Source of the DNA: Theionarchaea archaeon | GTDB lineage: Archaea; Methanobacteriota_B; Thermococci; Methanofastidiosales; SZ-28-30 | Reading direction: 5' to 3' | DNA length: 48,841 nt | NCBI GenBank assembly: GCA_018992565.1 | Contig: JACVGW010000006.1 | Location: 2,441 to 51,281, forward strand | In this document: positions 45,689 through 48,841 of the stretch, in pieces | Position numbering within the stretch: position 1 is the first letter of the stretch | Layout: every line of letters starts with the position of its first letter | Position numbers and translations under genes: made by a program | Notes under the pieces: generated by a model | Databases searched by the model: none | Told to the model about the DNA's origin: nothing | Seen by the model: the letters and a program-made list of their open reading frames with translations, nothing else

Positions 45689-45689
45689 A

Positions 45690-46895
45690 TCAAGCTTTGT
45701 GGGCTTTGATCTCTCTTTCAATGACCCTCCCCAGTCGCTTAATTCCTTCCTGGATCTTCTCATTGGATGCATATGAAAAACACAGCCGCATAGTATTGGT
45801 TTCCGATCCATTAACGAAGAAGGCTGCCCCTTGGACATAGGCTACTCTTTCTTTGATGGCTTCTCCCATCATGTTCTTCGTATCGATGTATTCTGGGACG
45901 CGCGCCCATAAGAAGAGACCTCCATCCGGTTTCGTCCATGAACATCCTTCGGGGAAATACTCTTCCAGGCTCTTCAACATGATGTCCCTCTTTTCTTTGT
46001 ACATCTCCCTAATCAAATTGATATGATTTTCGATCAGATCCCTGCGGCAGTACTCATAGAGAATGCGTTGCACAAATGAATTGGTACAGAGATCAGTACT
46101 CTGCTTTGCAATGATGAATTTCCGAATGAATGGTTCATCTCCAATAACCCAGGCCAATCGCATTCCAGGCGAGAAAATCTTAGAGAAGGTTGACGTGTAG
46201 ATGACTCTCCCTTCATCATCAAATGCTTTGATAGCTTTGACAGGAGTACCGGAATACCGCAGATCTCCATAGGGATTGTCCTCTATGATAACGAAGTCAT
46301 AGTCATGAGCCAGATCCACAAGTTGCTTTCGTCTCTTCTCGACCATGGTCACTCCTGCTGGATTCTGGAAGGTGGGTACCGTATATACCATCTTGGGAGG
46401 GGTTTCCATCTTCTTGATCGTTTCCTCCAGCTGGTCTATCATCATTCCGTCGTCATCCATTTTCACTGCAGTAAACGAGGCCTGGTATGCTCGAATGGCT
46501 CCCAATCCTCCCAGGTAACTGGGAGCTTCCACGATAACCATGTCATTCTTGTCAATCAAGATCTTTGACGTAATATCTAGGGTTTGCTGAGATCCACTGG
46601 TGATAACAACATCCTCTGGACTAGAATCAATTCCTTCCTTTTTTGACCAGTACGAGCAGTACTCTCGTAATCGACTGTATCCATCTGTTGTACCATACTG
46701 TAGTGCTTCCTCAGCAGCAGTCAGCATGACATGTGTTGTCACCTCTGCAATATCCACTGTGGGAAACGAGTCGGGACTGGGGAGTCCTCCTGCAAAAGAT
46801 ATGATATCCGGTTGTTGTGTTAGCTTGAGCAGTTCACGTATCTCAGAGGCCTTCATTCCTCTGGCCCTTTCTGAGTAGCGAGATTCCCATTCCAT
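45690..46895 (-). CDS. PLP-dependent class I/II aminotransferase (LysN/ARO8-like)
   Basis: SEIRELLK...ISFAGGLP, LQYG, GSQQ, FQNPAG, EDNPY, TFSKIFSPGMRLAW; true start MEWESRYS (the track N-terminus is intergenic read-through). Confidence 0.92.
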   Translation of the reverse strand: MEWESRYSERARGMKASEIRELLKLTQQPDIISFAGGLPSPDSFPTVDIAEVTTHVMLTAAEEALQYGTTDGYSRLREYCSYWSKKEGIDSSPEDVVITSGSQQTLDITSKILIDKNDMVIVEAPSYLGGLGAIRAYQASFTAVKMDDDGMMIDQLEETIKKMETPPKMVYTVPTFQNPAGVTMVEKRRKQLVDLAHDYDFVIIEDNPYGDLRYSGTPVKAIKAFDDEGRVIYTSTFSKIFSPGMRLAWVIGDEPFIRKFIIAKQSTDLCTNSFVQRILYEYCRRDLIENHINLIREMYKEKRDIMLKSLEEYFPEGCSWTKPDGGLFLWARVPEYIDTKNMMGEAIKERVAYVQGAAFFVNGSETNTMRLCFSYASNEKIQEGIKRLGRVIEREIKAHKA

Positions 46896-46924
46896 ATAAA
46901 CACCCTGCCCTATCCTTTCCTGTA

Positions 46925-46940
46925 CATTTAAAAGGCTTTT
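46925..46940 (-). promoter_or_regulatory. BRE/TATA promoter of the aminotransferase gene
   Basis: Minus strand reads AAAAGCCTTTTAAATG 30 nt upstream of ATG 46895. Confidence 0.6.
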
Positions 46941-47168
46941 GTTCCCGTCCCTACACCCCAGTAGAGAATCAAAAATCCAAGAGATACATACTGAATCAGA
47001 TAGTGTGATGCTGTCATTTGCCAAACAGTCCACACTGAAGTGCTGTAATCCCCTAACTCGTTGGAATCGTATTGGTCGGTTCTGGAGTGTCCACCACATA
47101 TCAAACACATCGAGATATGTATCCCTGTTGACCAATACGTATTTATTTACTGCACATGATGACGCTGC

Positions 47169-48068
47169 ATGTTGGAAGGGATTCACATTCTACTGACGTA
47201 TGCATGCAATTTTGAATGCGATCACTGCTTCCTGTACTGCACTCCAAGATCTGAAGGAACATTCACGTTGCAGCAACTAAAAACTCTATTTGTGGATGCA
47301 GAGAAAATCAAATCCCTGAAATGGGTGTATTTTGAGGGAGGCGAACCTTTCTTATACTATCCTCTGTTGGTAGAAGGCGTTCGAATGACTCGAGCCTTGA
47401 GGCTGAAAGCAGGAGTAGTCACCAACGGCTACTGGGCAACTGCTGCAGAAGATGCAGTCCTTTGGTTAATCTCGCTCTCTGAAGCCGATCTTGCTGATCT
47501 GAGTGTCAGTGATGATTTGTTCCACTATGAGGACGATTTGAATCTAGCTAAAAGAGCTGTGGAAGCTGCTGAAATGGTGGGCATTCCAGTGAGTACCATC
47601 TCCATAGAGAAACCGACCTTGGAAGTGGACAAAGACCAAGAAAAGGGAGAACCTGTGGTGGGTGGCGGCTGCATGTTCAGGGGGAGGGCTGTTGAAAAGC
47701 TGACTGAAGGATTGCCACGGAGGTTATGGCATCAGTTCAATCAATGCCCGTACGAAGACTTAGAAGACCCCAAGAGGGTTCACGTAGATTCCTTTGGGAA
47801 TGTACACATCTGCCAGGGTATATCCATGGGGAACATGTGGGAGACACCTCTGCATCAGCTGCTTGAGGAATATGATCCCTATACCCACCCTGTGGTGGGG
47901 CCACTGGTTCGAGGAGGTCCCGCCCAGCTGCTCAGAGAGTACCAGATAGACCATGAGGACTCCTACGTTGATGCCTGTCACTGCTGTTACAGTGGAAGGA
48001 TGAAACTGCTGGATCAGTTCCCGCAGTATTTGACACCACGGCAGGTTTATGGAGAAGGGCTATCATGA
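47169..48068 (+). CDS. Radical SAM protein with C-terminal Cys (twitch/SPASM-like) region
   Basis: CNFECDHC, FEGGEPF, TNGYWA, C...VDSFGNVHIC...DACHCC. Confidence 0.87.
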   Translation: MLEGIHILLTYACNFECDHCFLYCTPRSEGTFTLQQLKTLFVDAEKIKSLKWVYFEGGEPFLYYPLLVEGVRMTRALRLKAGVVTNGYWATAAEDAVLWLISLSEADLADLSVSDDLFHYEDDLNLAKRAVEAAEMVGIPVSTISIEKPTLEVDKDQEKGEPVVGGGCMFRGRAVEKLTEGLPRRLWHQFNQCPYEDLEDPKRVHVDSFGNVHICQGISMGNMWETPLHQLLEEYDPYTHPVVGPLVRGGPAQLLREYQIDHEDSYVDACHCCYSGRMKLLDQFPQYLTPRQVYGEGLS

Positions 48069-48228
48069 AAAGATGGCACGTGAGTGATTCATCAGATACA
48101 GCCCAGATCCAGCATGCACGTCTCAGATGAAGAGGCAGTATTCAACCACACTGAGAAAGACATTACGCATAGAGAGCACGTTCCAGTTAAAGGCTAGGAC
48201 CAATTTCTACCCATGTACCGCAACACCT

Positions 48229-48242
48229 AAAACCTTTTAAGA
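48229..48242 (+). promoter_or_regulatory. BRE/TATA promoter (near-leaderless) of the PRTase-thpR unit
   Basis: AAAACCTTTTAAGA about 20 nt upstream of ATG 48262. Confidence 0.6.
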
Positions 48243-48261
48243 ACTTCCAATAACTAAGAGC

Positions 48262-48732
48262 ATGGAGAAGGAGTACCTTCACTGGTCCAAGGTGGACGAA
48301 GCGATATGGACACTGGTCGACTATGTGAGAAAAGACTATAAAGTAGACATTATTGTTGGAATAGCCCGAGGTGGCCTGATTCCTGCAGTGCGAATGTCAC
48401 ACATCATGGACAACATTCTCATGCGAGTCATGGATGTCAAATTCTATACTGATGTTGAAAAACATACAGAATTCCCTGAGATCACTGTTCCCCTAACTGA
48501 GCCCATACAGGGCAAAAATGTTCTCATCGTAGACGATGTGGCAGATACTGGGAAAACCTTGAAAGTGGTAAGAGAAGACATCAAGAAAAAAGGTGCACGC
48601 GATGTGCGCATTGCAGTCATTTGCAAGAAGCCTCAGAGCATAATAGACCCCGATTACTACATTTTTCAGACTGATAGGTGGATTATATTCCCGTGGGAGA
48701 AAATGCCTGTGTGCAAGAAGGTGGCTCCATGA
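48262..48732 (+). CDS. Type I purine phosphoribosyltransferase (xanthine/guanine/hypoxanthine PRT-like)
   Basis: GIARGGLIPA, VLIVDDVADTGKTL, PDYY, WIIFPWE. Confidence 0.9.
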   Translation: MEKEYLHWSKVDEAIWTLVDYVRKDYKVDIIVGIARGGLIPAVRMSHIMDNILMRVMDVKFYTDVEKHTEFPEITVPLTEPIQGKNVLIVDDVADTGKTLKVVREDIKKKGARDVRIAVICKKPQSIIDPDYYIFQTDRWIIFPWEKMPVCKKVAP

Positions 48733-48841
48733 GGAGTTTCATTGCGGTGAATCTGTCAGAAGAGTTGATTCCCACTGTCGTTGACATGCAGACCCACATA
48801 ACGGAGGGGAAGATAAAATTCGTAGAACCTGAGAATCTACA
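48729..48841 (+). CDS. thpR: RNA 2',3'-cyclic phosphodiesterase / 2'-5' RNA ligase (5' fragment)
   Basis: Manual translation MRSFIAVNL...KIKFVEPENL(H), the typical N-terminus leading into the first HxT motif; ATGA overlap with the PRTase stop. Confidence 0.8.
   Translation, partial: MRSFIAVNLSEELIPTVVDMQTHITEGKIKFVEPENL

Noticed and set aside
46896-47186. 97-aa N-terminal extension on the aminotransferase
   Set aside because: Family similarity begins at MEWESRYS, a TATA box lies inside the extension, and it would overlap the divergent radical SAM gene.
1-48841. tRNA/rRNA genes, transposases, integrases, defence systems, Sec/Pyl read-through
   Set aside because: No such signatures were seen by eye, and the main ORFs end at lengths expected for their families. 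A tRNAscan/Infernal run would be needed to exclude small RNAs.

Overview
Gene-dense archaeal chromosome segment: BRE/TATA promoters, GGAGGTGA-type ribosome-binding sites (RBS), archaeal-type PheRS and AlaRS, Hef helicase and tungsten AOR. The enzyme set suggests an anaerobic heterotrophic euryarchaeon, but the lineage cannot be fixed without a search. About 40 CDSs were found; no rRNA, tRNA, CRISPR array or mobile element was recognised. All family calls come from motif recognition by eye. Two regions stand out. (1) 0.9-17.9 kb holds glycerol-pathway enzymes that all look lipid-adapted: an alkyl-DHAP-synthase-like FAD protein with an Fe-S partner, a BON-fused GlpA-like dehydrogenase and a GK5-like kinase. 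They sit with a membrane metallohydrolase, two SCP2 lipid carriers, a ThDP enzyme, two ADHs and an AOR. This is a candidate O2-independent ether-lipid (alkylglycerol) degradation or remodelling pathway. (2) 20.4-25.2 kb is a tightly coupled operon: HTH regulator, opine dehydrogenase, fused glutamate-mutase-like B12 enzyme, divergent NadE and Ddl-like ATP-grasp ligase, with palindromic operators at its promoter. It is a candidate pathway for an unknown amino-acid-derived metabolite. Smaller observations include a probable ATT start codon on an SCP2 gene, tandem GT-C-like membrane proteins with a WW motif, and a GNAT/NSAR pair.
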